Made by a program: the position numbers and the translations under genes. The notes below the pieces were generated by a model. The model ran no database searches, was not told the origin of the DNA, and saw nothing but the letters and a program-made list of their open reading frames with translations. 55,005 nt of DNA from Thermoanaerobaculia bacterium (GTDB lineage Bacteria; Acidobacteriota; Thermoanaerobaculia; Multivoradales; UBA5704), in assembly GCA_036397955.1 (NCBI GenBank), contig DASWHY010000275.1:1-55005 (forward strand), written 5' to 3'. Positions 1 through 7,632 of this stretch are shown here, piece after piece. How positions within the stretch are numbered: position 1 is the first letter of the stretch; every line of letters begins with the position of its first letter.

Positions 1-28
1 CAAACGACTTAGCCCTGAACGCCTCTTA

Positions 29-185
29 CTCCCCTCTCCCCCTGGGAGAGGGGCCGGGGGTGAGGGTTCCGGAGCCTTCCTCCCTCTCCCCTCTCCCCCT
101 GGGAGAGGGGCCGGGGGTGAGGGTTCCGGAGCCTTCCTCCCTCTCCCCTCTCCCCCTGGGAGAGGGGCCGGGGGTGAGGGTTCCG
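29..185. repeat. 57-bp tandem repeat (~2.7 copies); each unit carries a perfect 10-bp stem / 3-nt loop GC hairpin (REP/MITE-like)
   Basis: The unit tgagggttccggagccttcctccctctcccctctccccctgggagaggggccggggg is identical at 61-117 and 118-174. Partial copies lie at 29-60 and 175-185. Within each unit, CCCCTCTCCC (e.g. 31-40) is the exact reverse complement of GGGAGAGGGG (44-53). The overlapping 91- and 100-aa ORFs only translate the repeat (PLPLGEGPGVRV iterated). Confidence 0.9.
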
Positions 186-370
186 CCGCACCAGATTGCC
201 GTAGCGAATCCGGCCTACGGCGCGGCCGTCGCGATAAAGGGCTCGTCGCCGTCCTCCGGGCTCTGCAACGCACCTCTGCCAATTCCCGGAACTGGATTGC
301 AGCCTCTGCATTCAACTTGGCGACATAGGAGATAGCCAGGACTTCGGATAAACTGCTTATCGTCAATACT

Positions 371-936
371 TTAAACACGCAAGTACCGGGCGGTTGTGGC
401 GACGTCGGCGTGACCGGCGAGCTTCTGGACGGTGAGGACGTCCTCGCTGGCGTCGAGGAGCGTGGTGACGAGCGAGCGCCTGCGCTCCCAGCATCCCGTC
501 TGTCCGAGTGGAGGCGTTACCAGGGCGATCTGGCGTCGCCGGCCGAGGGCGTCGACGTTAGGCAGCCACGCGAAAAGAACCCTTGCTTACTTTGGCTCCC
601 TCGGAAGCCCACATGAGGTGCGGTGCAGGGCTCACTTTCGCAGGCTGAGAGCCTCGCCATCGGCGCCAGAGAGCCGGCCTGACCGGCCCTGAAGGCCGGC
701 ACACCGCACGCGCGGAGTGCATCCTGGAGCGCGGAGACGACGGCTGGCGGGTCGAGCTTCGCGCGACGCCCTACGACATGGCGGCGGCCATCGCTGCCGC
801 GCGGGCCAACGGCCGGCCCGATTTGGGCTGGGTGGATCGCGACGGGACGCGCCGCACGGGACCTGACTTGAAGGCGCGGAGGACAGCCGACGCGACGGAC
901 TTCGTCGAGATCGCCCCTTCGCGTGGCGGCGCTCAC
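371..936 (-). pseudogene. tyrosine recombinase (phage-type integrase) remnant, frameshifted
   Basis: The minus frame ending at TAA (373-371) reads RRRSLVTTLLDASEDVLTVQKLAGHADVATTARYLRV*. This is the box II / catalytic-Tyr end of XerC/D-type integrases, but the frame is open for fewer than 60 codons. The adjacent minus ORF 517-936, in another frame, has box-I-like ATRRGDLDEV and GRRAKLDPPAVVSALQDAL. There is at least one frameshift near 520. An AT-rich patch at 340-380 follows the stop. Confidence 0.5.
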
Positions 937-1233
937 TGACGGCCGCGCGGTCTAGGCCTCGTCCGAGGGCACGAAGCCTACGCTGGGCTTTGACGTGATC
1001 TGACGCGAGCACGTCCCGTCCACCCGATCGTCGTCGATGGCGGTCACCGCTCGCCTCTGCGGGACGGCCGGGGCGGGCCTGGTCGAGTGCCCTCGCCGTT
1101 CTCTAGATCCGATGCTACATGGCCTTGTCCCCTAGTGTTCGAAGCCGCGGCAGAGCCTTAGGCTGCCCGGAGGGTGTCCCGGCGAGTTCGGCCATTCACC
1201 CCGCCTTTCATGTCTGGGCTGTAGGCTTTCGTC

Positions 1234-1699
1234 ATGGCAGCCGAGGATCTCGATCATCGGAGTGGTGAGGGGCTGGCCGAGCTCTCGCGGGCGATCCGCG
1301 ACTCCACCTTGAAGCGACTGCGCCGGGTGCCGCCGGGGCGCGAGAACTGGCGCTTGTCACCCAACGCCCTGAGCTTCGCCGATGTCGCCCAGCACCTGGT
1401 TGACGCCGACGAGTGGCTCTTCCGCAAGCTCGAACACCCGACCCTGAAGCCGATGGTCGCCCGCGCCGGCAGTGTCGTGATCCACGAACGCCGCAAATAC
1501 GACGCCATCCTCGCCGAGCTGGGCCGAGATCCTCGAGGAGCTTTCCGAGCAGGACCTCGCGCGGCAGATGTTCGACCAGCGCTTCGGCGGCGAGGTCAGC
1601 GTGTGGTGGATCGTGATGCGCGGCAACCTCGAGCACGAGAGTCACCACCGAGGACAGGTCGCCGCCTACGTGAGGGCATTGGAGGATGGCGCCCGGTAG
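1234..1699 (+). pseudogene. DinB-family (DinB_2-like metal-dependent) protein with one apparent frameshift near 1505-1522
   Basis: Frame 1 from ATG 1234 gives LRRVPPGRENWRLSPNALSFADVAQHLVDADEWLFRKL...YDAILAEL and then turns into Arg-rich nonsense. Frame 2 from ~1508 reads WAEILEELSEQDLARQMFDQRFGGEVSVWWIVMRGNLEHESHHRGQVAAYVRALEDGAR*, with stop at 1697-1699. This carries the DinB C-terminal HxxHHRGQ motif. A single-nt indel or an assembly error would explain the shift. Confidence 0.7.
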
Positions 1700-1714
1700 G
1701 GCACCGATCCGTAG

Positions 1715-1830
1715 CGCGTCGTCTCCGCCTCGGCCGACCGCACGCTGCGCCTCTGGGACCTCGCCGCCGGGGCGGCGGTGGCCGTCTTCACGCTCGACGC
1801 ACCCGTGATCACGGTCGGCCAGGTGCTGGC
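1715..1830 (+). pseudogene. isolated WD40-repeat fragment
   Basis: The frame opening after TAG at ~1712 reads VVSASADRTLRLWDLAAGAAVAVFTLDAPVITVG. This is one canonical WD40 blade (SaSxDxTlrlWDl) with no further repeats or N-terminus. The rest of ORF 1778-2074 has no recognisable features. Confidence 0.3.
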
Positions 1831-2177
1831 GGAACGGCGGCTCCGTAGACGCTGGCTGAACCTGCTCAATGACACGCGCACCGAGCTAGACGAGCTGACT
1901 GTTGCAGCTCATCGTGGTGTCCTAATAGCGGTGTGGCTTGCTGAGCTGCCAGTCGAGGTGGCCGATTCCTGGATCGAGAGACTGGCGAGCAGCTCGAGGA
2001 CTTGCGGGCCAGAGTGTCGTAGCCACCCTTCGCGCCATCCGCAACGACGCGGGCGTCCAGGAGGGTATGGATAAGCGCTCGTTCGTCGTCACGGCGGGGG
2101 AGACGTCGGAGGTGGTGGTGCCTTGATCGTCTGGGCAGGGTACCGGCAAGCGGCTCCGGTACCGTGGGCGGCAACTC

Positions 2178-3752
2178 TCAACACGGAGAAGACACCACAC
2201 CGGTGGCATTGCGGAGCCTGGCGGCAATGAAATCGGTGAGCGGCTTGACGTGGCTCTCCGGATCCCACCATTCGCCGAACAGGTTCTCCAACAAGTGCAA
2301 CTCGGCGATCTTCTTGCGACCCTGGTAGTGGCGTACAACGGGGTGAAGGAACGTGCTGCGGTCCGCCTTTTGCGGATCCGGGTGGCGGAGGATGTTGAAG
2401 GGATCGCCCACGATCTTGCCGAACTCGAGCGTGACGACGAAGTAGTTACGGTTACGGCTCAGACTCGACTCCTGGACGTAGTCGACAGGGAGCTCGTGCA
2501 GGTACCGTGCTCTGTCTCCTTCGTCCGCGAGCACGATCACGTCAGCCATGAAGCCGAACAGTTGCCACAATGCCGAAGTGCGGTTGATGCGGACGAGCAT
2601 TGCCTCCACCAACCGTTCCGGTGTCTGCTCGACCTCCTCGAACGGCCACGGGACGCCGTGGTATTTGCCGGCGAGCAAGCGGTGAAGGGCGCGGACGTTG
2701 TAGCGGAAGCCGTGGATGAAAGCCGAGGTCGCCTTCTTGTAATCGCGCATCTGGGTCAGGGTTCCGACGAAGTAGAGGTCCGGCACGTTGGTTGATTCGA
2801 ACTCGCTCGTCTGCTCCGGCAGCCGGTTGGAGTTCCACATGGCCGGACGGCAGCTCTCGTCGAAGATCGAATCGTCGAAACGGAACCCGGTACACGTGAT
2901 CACCCGGTCATAGACCAGGTCCTCGTGCTCTTCCTCGGCATGGGAGTAGCGTATGCTGACGAGGAACTTGCCTTCCTTGGTGCGGGTGATCTTGCGAATC
3001 GTGCCGTCGAGGACGGCGTTCTGCGTCTTCAACTGGTATGTGTCGAGGAAGTTGTTGTTCACCGCGCGGAGGTGGCCCGGGAAGTGGGTCCGCCACGCCA
3101 TGTGGAGCGGATTGGGGCTCAGGACGTGGATCAACGCGGTCGTTGGGATCAGTCTTTCCGCCGTCTCGAACCCGGAATTGCCCTTGCCGATGACGAGCAC
3201 CCTCTGGCCGGCGAAATCTTCGGCATCCACGGACACGTCGAAGTAGCTCTCGGTGAGCTCGACGCCCGGTATTCGCGGAACGAAGGGCTTGGAAACTCCG
3301 GTGGCGACGATCAGCCGGCGGCCGCGCCACGTCCTGCCGTTGCCGTCGCTGACCGTGAAGACGTCCGCCTTGGCGACGCTCGCCACCCGCGCCGCGTATT
3401 CGACGCGCAGGCGATAACGCTCGGCGTAGTCGCTCAGGTAGTCGAGCATCGCCGCCTTGGGCGGGAAGTACTCCCGGCTGTAGCTGTTGAAGCGGAAGTC
3501 CGGATCGTCGCTGAGGAGCGAATTCCAGTCAAAGCGCAGGTTGATCTCCGGATCGTCGTAACCGGTATGGACCTTGTTGGAGGAGATCAGGGTCCCGTGA
3601 CGCGGGAACTTCTCGAAGAAGGATCCGGGCTTGCTCCCGGCTTCGAGGACCATATAGTCGCGCCGTTCCTTTTCCATGTAATAGGCGAGCTGCAGCCCTC
3701 CCGGGCCGGCACCGATGATCAGGTAATCGTGGATCTGCTCTCCGTTTCCCAT
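2178..3752 (-). CDS. FAD/NAD(P)-binding oxidoreductase (two-dinucleotide-fold, flavin-monooxygenase-like), 524 aa
   Basis: There is an N-terminal GxGxxG fold (DYLIIGAGPGGLQLAYYM) and a second fold, GQRVLVIGKGNSGFETAE. ATG 3752 is preceded by a purine-rich GGGGG. The gene overlaps the upstream KMO gene by 34 nt. It is visibly lower in GC than its neighbours (about 60-63% in hand-counted 60-nt samples). Confidence 0.75.
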   Translation of the reverse strand: MGNGEQIHDYLIIGAGPGGLQLAYYMEKERRDYMVLEAGSKPGSFFEKFPRHGTLISSNKVHTGYDDPEINLRFDWNSLLSDDPDFRFNSYSREYFPPKAAMLDYLSDYAERYRLRVEYAARVASVAKADVFTVSDGNGRTWRGRRLIVATGVSKPFVPRIPGVELTESYFDVSVDAEDFAGQRVLVIGKGNSGFETAERLIPTTALIHVLSPNPLHMAWRTHFPGHLRAVNNNFLDTYQLKTQNAVLDGTIRKITRTKEGKFLVSIRYSHAEEEHEDLVYDRVITCTGFRFDDSIFDESCRPAMWNSNRLPEQTSEFESTNVPDLYFVGTLTQMRDYKKATSAFIHGFRYNVRALHRLLAGKYHGVPWPFEEVEQTPERLVEAMLVRINRTSALWQLFGFMADVIVLADEGDRARYLHELPVDYVQESSLSRNRNYFVVTLEFGKIVGDPFNILRHPDPQKADRSTFLHPVVRHYQGRKKIAELHLLENLFGEWWDPESHVKPLTDFIAARLRNATGVVSSPC

Positions 3753-5146
3753 TGGACGACCCCCTGTGTCTGTCTCCGGAGTTCCTTGTTACGAGCGTGG
3801 CTCGCGACGCCGAAAGCCTGCCAAATGAAGGGATCCATCTCGCCGCGGTCGAGCATCGCCTCGACGCCTTCGAGCTCGAGGAGGCGATCGATCTTGCCGC
3901 GGGCTTCGCGATCGATCCGGCGGGCCTCGGTGTACGGTGTGGTGGTGAAGGAGATCAGCGAATAGAGCGCTGAATAGGTCTCGGGATAGAGCTCGTCGAT
4001 CCGGCGCTCCAGGCGCGTGCGCAGCAGGAAGCGCGGATCGCGGACGTGCTCCTGGAGCACCTCGAAGTGCTCCAGGGCGAGATCGGCGATGGTCTCGGCG
4101 TTGGGATGGTGGCGCCTCTCGTAGCGCTGGAATGCCTCGTGCCAGTCGCCGCGGGCCGCCTCGAGGCATTCATCGATCACCGCGCAGCCCTCGAAGCCGA
4201 AATTGGCGCCCTGGCCGTAGGAGGGCACGATGGCGTGGGCCGAGTCGCCTGCCAGGGCTACCTTGTCGCCGTACGTCCACGGAAAGCAACGGACGGTGAC
4301 CATCGGCGTGGCCGGACGGCGGAAGTAATCCTCGACCAGGCGCGGCAGGACCGCTTCGGCGCCGGGAAAGAGCTCGCAAAACAGCGCCCGCAGGTCGGCC
4401 TCGTCTTTGACCGAGCCGAACGACATCTCGCCCTCGAAGGGCAGGTGCAAGGCCATGGTGAAGCTGCCGTCGAGATTGGCGAAGCCGATCAGCATGTGGC
4501 GGCCACGCGGCCACACGTGGATGGCGTGCTCGTCGAGCGCCCAGCCGCCGTCCGGCCGCGGGGGCAGGTCGAGCTCCTTGTAGCCCTGCTCGAGGTATTG
4601 CCGGGCGCAGCGCAGGCGCCCGTGCTCCCGGAGCTGCCGGCGGACCACCGAGTGGGCGCCGTCGGCGCCGAAGATGCGCGAGGCCGCCACCTCGGTTTGC
4701 GTGCCCCGCTCGCGGTCCTCGAACACGGCCCGCGGACCTTCCGGATCGATCGACCGGCACTTCTTCCCGAAGTGCGTGTGGATTCCCGGATGCTGCTCGG
4801 CGAAGTCGAGCAAGGTCTCGTTGAGCGCGTTGCGGGAGATGGAGTGGATCGCCTCGCGGCGGCAGCCGTAGGGCTGGAAGACCGGGGCGCCATCACGGCC
4901 ATGGATCACGCGGCCGTACGCCGGGATCGCGAGGCGCCGCACACGCTGCCCGACTCCCACCCGATCAAGCGCGCGCAAGCCGCGCTCACACAGGGTCAGG
5001 TTGATGGATCGACCCCTGTCCGGCCGGCGCCGGCGCAAGTCGGCACGCCGCTCGAAGAGCTCGACCCGCTGTCCCCGACGGGCGAGGTAGACGGCCAGGA
5101 GCGAGCCGACCAGGCCCGATCCTACGATGACGATTCTCTCTCCCAC
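3719..5146 (-). CDS. kmo: kynurenine 3-monooxygenase (FAD-dependent aromatic hydroxylase), 475 aa
   Basis: Motifs seen: RIVIVGSGLVGSLLAVYLARRG...ELFERR (FAD fold), GRSINLTLCERGLRAL, GADGAHSVVRR, and LAGDSAHAIVPSYGQGANFGFEGC. This is the KMO/UbiH-family signature set and length. The GTG start at 5146 has GGAGG 7 nt upstream, inside the end of the YceI gene. Confidence 0.8.
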   Translation of the reverse strand: MGERIVIVGSGLVGSLLAVYLARRGQRVELFERRADLRRRRPDRGRSINLTLCERGLRALDRVGVGQRVRRLAIPAYGRVIHGRDGAPVFQPYGCRREAIHSISRNALNETLLDFAEQHPGIHTHFGKKCRSIDPEGPRAVFEDRERGTQTEVAASRIFGADGAHSVVRRQLREHGRLRCARQYLEQGYKELDLPPRPDGGWALDEHAIHVWPRGRHMLIGFANLDGSFTMALHLPFEGEMSFGSVKDEADLRALFCELFPGAEAVLPRLVEDYFRRPATPMVTVRCFPWTYGDKVALAGDSAHAIVPSYGQGANFGFEGCAVIDECLEAARGDWHEAFQRYERRHHPNAETIADLALEHFEVLQEHVRDPRFLLRTRLERRIDELYPETYSALYSLISFTTTPYTEARRIDREARGKIDRLLELEGVEAMLDRGEMDPFIWQAFGVASHARNKELRRQTQGVVQWETESRSTIT

Positions 5147-5149
5147 GCG

Positions 5150-5848
5150 TCAACCTCCGGGCTCCTCCTCGGCCGAGGAAGTACCCTTCTTGCCGTCCGG
5201 CTCGTTGGCCTTGTCGATCATCGGATCCCTTCCCGGCGTGAAGGGCCGTCCCAGGCGGGTGATGACGAAGAGCTCGATCTCGATCTCCTTGCCGACGAAG
5301 AGAGAGCCGTCGTCCATCACCCGCATCCACGAAACGCCGTATTCGGTGCGGTCGAGGGTGAAGCGGGAATCGGCGCCGAGGAACTCGCTGTGGGCGGTCA
5401 CGCGGAAGGGGATGGCGATCTCTTTGGTGACTCCACGCAGGGTGAGCTCGCCCACCAGGCGGTAGGCGTCGCCGCTTGCGACGTCCCTGTCCACCCGCTT
5501 GCTCTTGAAGGTGATCTCGGGGTGGCTGCCGGTATCGAAGAAGTCGGCCGTACGCAGGTGCTGGTCACGGTCGGCGATGCCGGTGGAGATGCTCGCGGCG
5601 TCGATCACCAGCTCGACGTCCATCGTGGTCAGGTCCTCGGGATCGTGGAGCACGATCGAGCCCTCGAAGGTAGGGAACTTGCCGCTGACCTTGCCGGCGC
5701 CGAGGACCGGCGCCAGGAAGCCGATGGTCGTGTGATTTGCGTCGATCGGATAGCGGATGGCCTGGCGGGGCGCCGGGACCTCTTGGCCGGGAGCGGTGAG
5801 GGCGAGCAGCCCGGCGCCGAGGATCAGGGAGAAGGTGCGTGGTCTCAT
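5150..5848 (-). CDS. YceI-family periplasmic (polyisoprenoid-binding-like) protein, 232 aa
   Basis: ATG 5848 has GGAG upstream. The signal peptide is MRPRTFSLILGAGLLALTAPG. The YceI core is HTTIGFLAPVLGAGKVSGKFPTFEGSI...DRDQHLRTADFFD...HPEITFKS...GELTLRGVTKEI. The ORF-track entry 5150-6379 is an Arg-rich upstream extension that overlaps the cytochrome gene. Confidence 0.85.
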   Translation of the reverse strand: MRPRTFSLILGAGLLALTAPGQEVPAPRQAIRYPIDANHTTIGFLAPVLGAGKVSGKFPTFEGSIVLHDPEDLTTMDVELVIDAASISTGIADRDQHLRTADFFDTGSHPEITFKSKRVDRDVASGDAYRLVGELTLRGVTKEIAIPFRVTAHSEFLGADSRFTLDRTEYGVSWMRVMDDGSLFVGKEIEIELFVITRLGRPFTPGRDPMIDKANEPDGKKGTSSAEEEPGG

Positions 5849-5856
5849 GGGACTCC

Positions 5857-7467
5857 TCAGAGCGTCTTTAGGAAGGCGATCAGGGCGCGCCGTTCCTCGG
5901 CGTCGAGCTTGAGGCCGAAGGGGTGGCCCTTCACGGCGTAGGGCTTGCCGAAGGGCTTGAAGCCGGTGGGGACGTAGCCCTCCTCGACCCGCTTCGGATC
6001 GAGCCAATCCTCGAGGGTCGCGGCCCAGCCGGAGTGACCGAACGGGCCCCGGTACCAGACTCCCTTGAGCGAGGGCACCTTGTAGAGGCCCGTGCCGCGG
6101 CGGGTGTAGAGCGCCAGGCCCGGATCGGTGCCGACGGTGCGGCTGATGATGTCCGCCGCCCGCGGATGGTCCGCCGGCGGCTCGTAGCCGAGGGCCGGCG
6201 TGAGCTTGTTGCTGGTGTAGAGGGGCGGGGTGTGGCAGCGGTTGCACTCCTCGCGCTCGAAGACCTTCTGGCCGCGCGCCGCGAGCTCGTCGAAGGGATG
6301 CGGGCTCGGGGGCGGCTCGAGGGAGTAGACGAAAAGCGCGAGGGCGTAGAGCTGCTCGTCGGTGAAACGCCGCATCCACGGCGGGATCCCCCGCTCGCCC
6401 CGGAGGTCGAGCCCTTCGCCGTCGCCCCAGGTGAATCGGTCGAGAAAGGCCATGCCCTGCTGCAAGGCGCCGTAGCGCATCAGGTCACCGACCGAGCGGT
6501 GCTGGGCATGACCCGTGCGGTCGAGGTAGCGGCGGTCCGCGACGCCGATCAGGTCCGGGATCTGCACGGGGTGGAAGGCGCTGGTGCCGAAACGCGGCTG
6601 GACGCCCGCGGGGATGGCGGCCTCGAGCTCGTAGGTCTCCTCGGGTGTGAGCTCGGCGTGGCGGGCCGTGGGATCCATCTTGCCCGCCCAGGGCACGCCC
6701 CAGGTGCGCGCGATACCGGCGACGCGGTCCCGGACTGCCTTCTCGGGATCTTCCGCCTGGCCGAGCCGTTCCTTGAGGGCCAGGGCGTCGAGGCGCGCCA
6801 GAGGGAAATTGCCCTGGGCTCCCCGGATCACCGAGCCGTCGTCCATTACCCGGGTATGGCAGGCGGCGCAGGAGAACTCGCCGAGGCGGACCTTGCCCTT
6901 CTCGAGCACGAAGTAACGGAAGAAAGGAACGGTGCCGTCGTTCGCGACCGGCACGCCGGTCTTCTCATACCAGGCAGGGTCGCGGACGGTTTCGACCTTG
7001 ACGAGCGCGTCGTATGCGATCGGGGTGGTGAAGACGAGTTCGCCGGCGGCGATCCAGTCCTCCTCGGTCGCGAGCTTCTCCGGGTCGAAGGCGATCTCGG
7101 GCTCGATCTTCTCCAACTTCTCGAGGTAGCCCTCGGGCTCCCGGTCCGGATGGTAGACGGGATAGCTCCTGGCGATGACGCGAGGGGGAATCGAGTAGTA
7201 CTCCTCCGCGGTCAGGTGCTCGACCTTTGCGCCGAGGGCCAGGGGGAGCTCGACGGTGGCGATGGCCTTCTCGTCCCAGGTTCTGGGGATCTCGGGACGC
7301 CAGGGCTCCTCTCGTACCCTCTCCGCTTGCGCGACGGCCTCCGGCGCCGCTTGCTCTGGCGGCTCGACTTCCTCTGGCGGCTCCACCGAGAAGCTCCGCA
7401 GCGCTCCGGCGCCGAACAGGATCAGCGCCGCCGCTGCGGACAGTCGGCCAAGAGCTCTCTTCGGCAT
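5857..7467 (-). CDS. secreted di-haem c-type cytochrome, cytochrome-c-peroxidase/MauG-like, 536 aa
   Basis: The signal peptide is MPKRALGRLSAAAALILFGAGA. There are two CxxCH haem-binding motifs (FSCAACHTRV and EECNRCHTPP). The stop lies 8 nt before the YceI start. Confidence 0.65.
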   Translation of the reverse strand: MPKRALGRLSAAAALILFGAGALRSFSVEPPEEVEPPEQAAPEAVAQAERVREEPWRPEIPRTWDEKAIATVELPLALGAKVEHLTAEEYYSIPPRVIARSYPVYHPDREPEGYLEKLEKIEPEIAFDPEKLATEEDWIAAGELVFTTPIAYDALVKVETVRDPAWYEKTGVPVANDGTVPFFRYFVLEKGKVRLGEFSCAACHTRVMDDGSVIRGAQGNFPLARLDALALKERLGQAEDPEKAVRDRVAGIARTWGVPWAGKMDPTARHAELTPEETYELEAAIPAGVQPRFGTSAFHPVQIPDLIGVADRRYLDRTGHAQHRSVGDLMRYGALQQGMAFLDRFTWGDGEGLDLRGERGIPPWMRRFTDEQLYALALFVYSLEPPPSPHPFDELAARGQKVFEREECNRCHTPPLYTSNKLTPALGYEPPADHPRAADIISRTVGTDPGLALYTRRGTGLYKVPSLKGVWYRGPFGHSGWAATLEDWLDPKRVEEGYVPTGFKPFGKPYAVKGHPFGLKLDAEERRALIAFLKTL

Positions 7468-7632
7468 GATCGACCCCTTCCTCTGCGTCGCCGGGCGCCC
7501 TCGGGCACCAGGCTCACTCTGTTCGAGCGGACGAGTCCATTATACTGGTTTCTCCGGTCGGATGGTCCCGAATTCTCCGCTTTCGCCGCCGATCGACCCG
7601 GGGCGAAGACCTGGGTTTGAAGGAACCGTCGA

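Noticed and set aside
186-370. Searched for a tRNA gene or tRNA-3' fragment (an att site) next to the integrase remnant.
   Set aside because: I could not fold any cloverleaf or find a TPsiC-like GTTCGAATC motif. No support.
690-940. A plus-strand frame reading ECILERGDDGWRVELRATPYDMAAAIAAARANGRPDLGWVDRDG looked protein-like.
   Set aside because: It has no usable start that gives 60 aa or more, and no recognisable family. It lies antisense to the integrase-like frames, so it is probably a high-GC artefact.
7541-7546. TATACT in a locally AT-rich patch (ccattatactggtttct) of the divergent intergenic region 7468-7632, considered as a -10 box for the ADOP gene.
   Set aside because: No acceptable -35 lies at 16-18 nt spacing, and the promoter consensus for this lineage is unknown to me. 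It is too weak to call as a feature.
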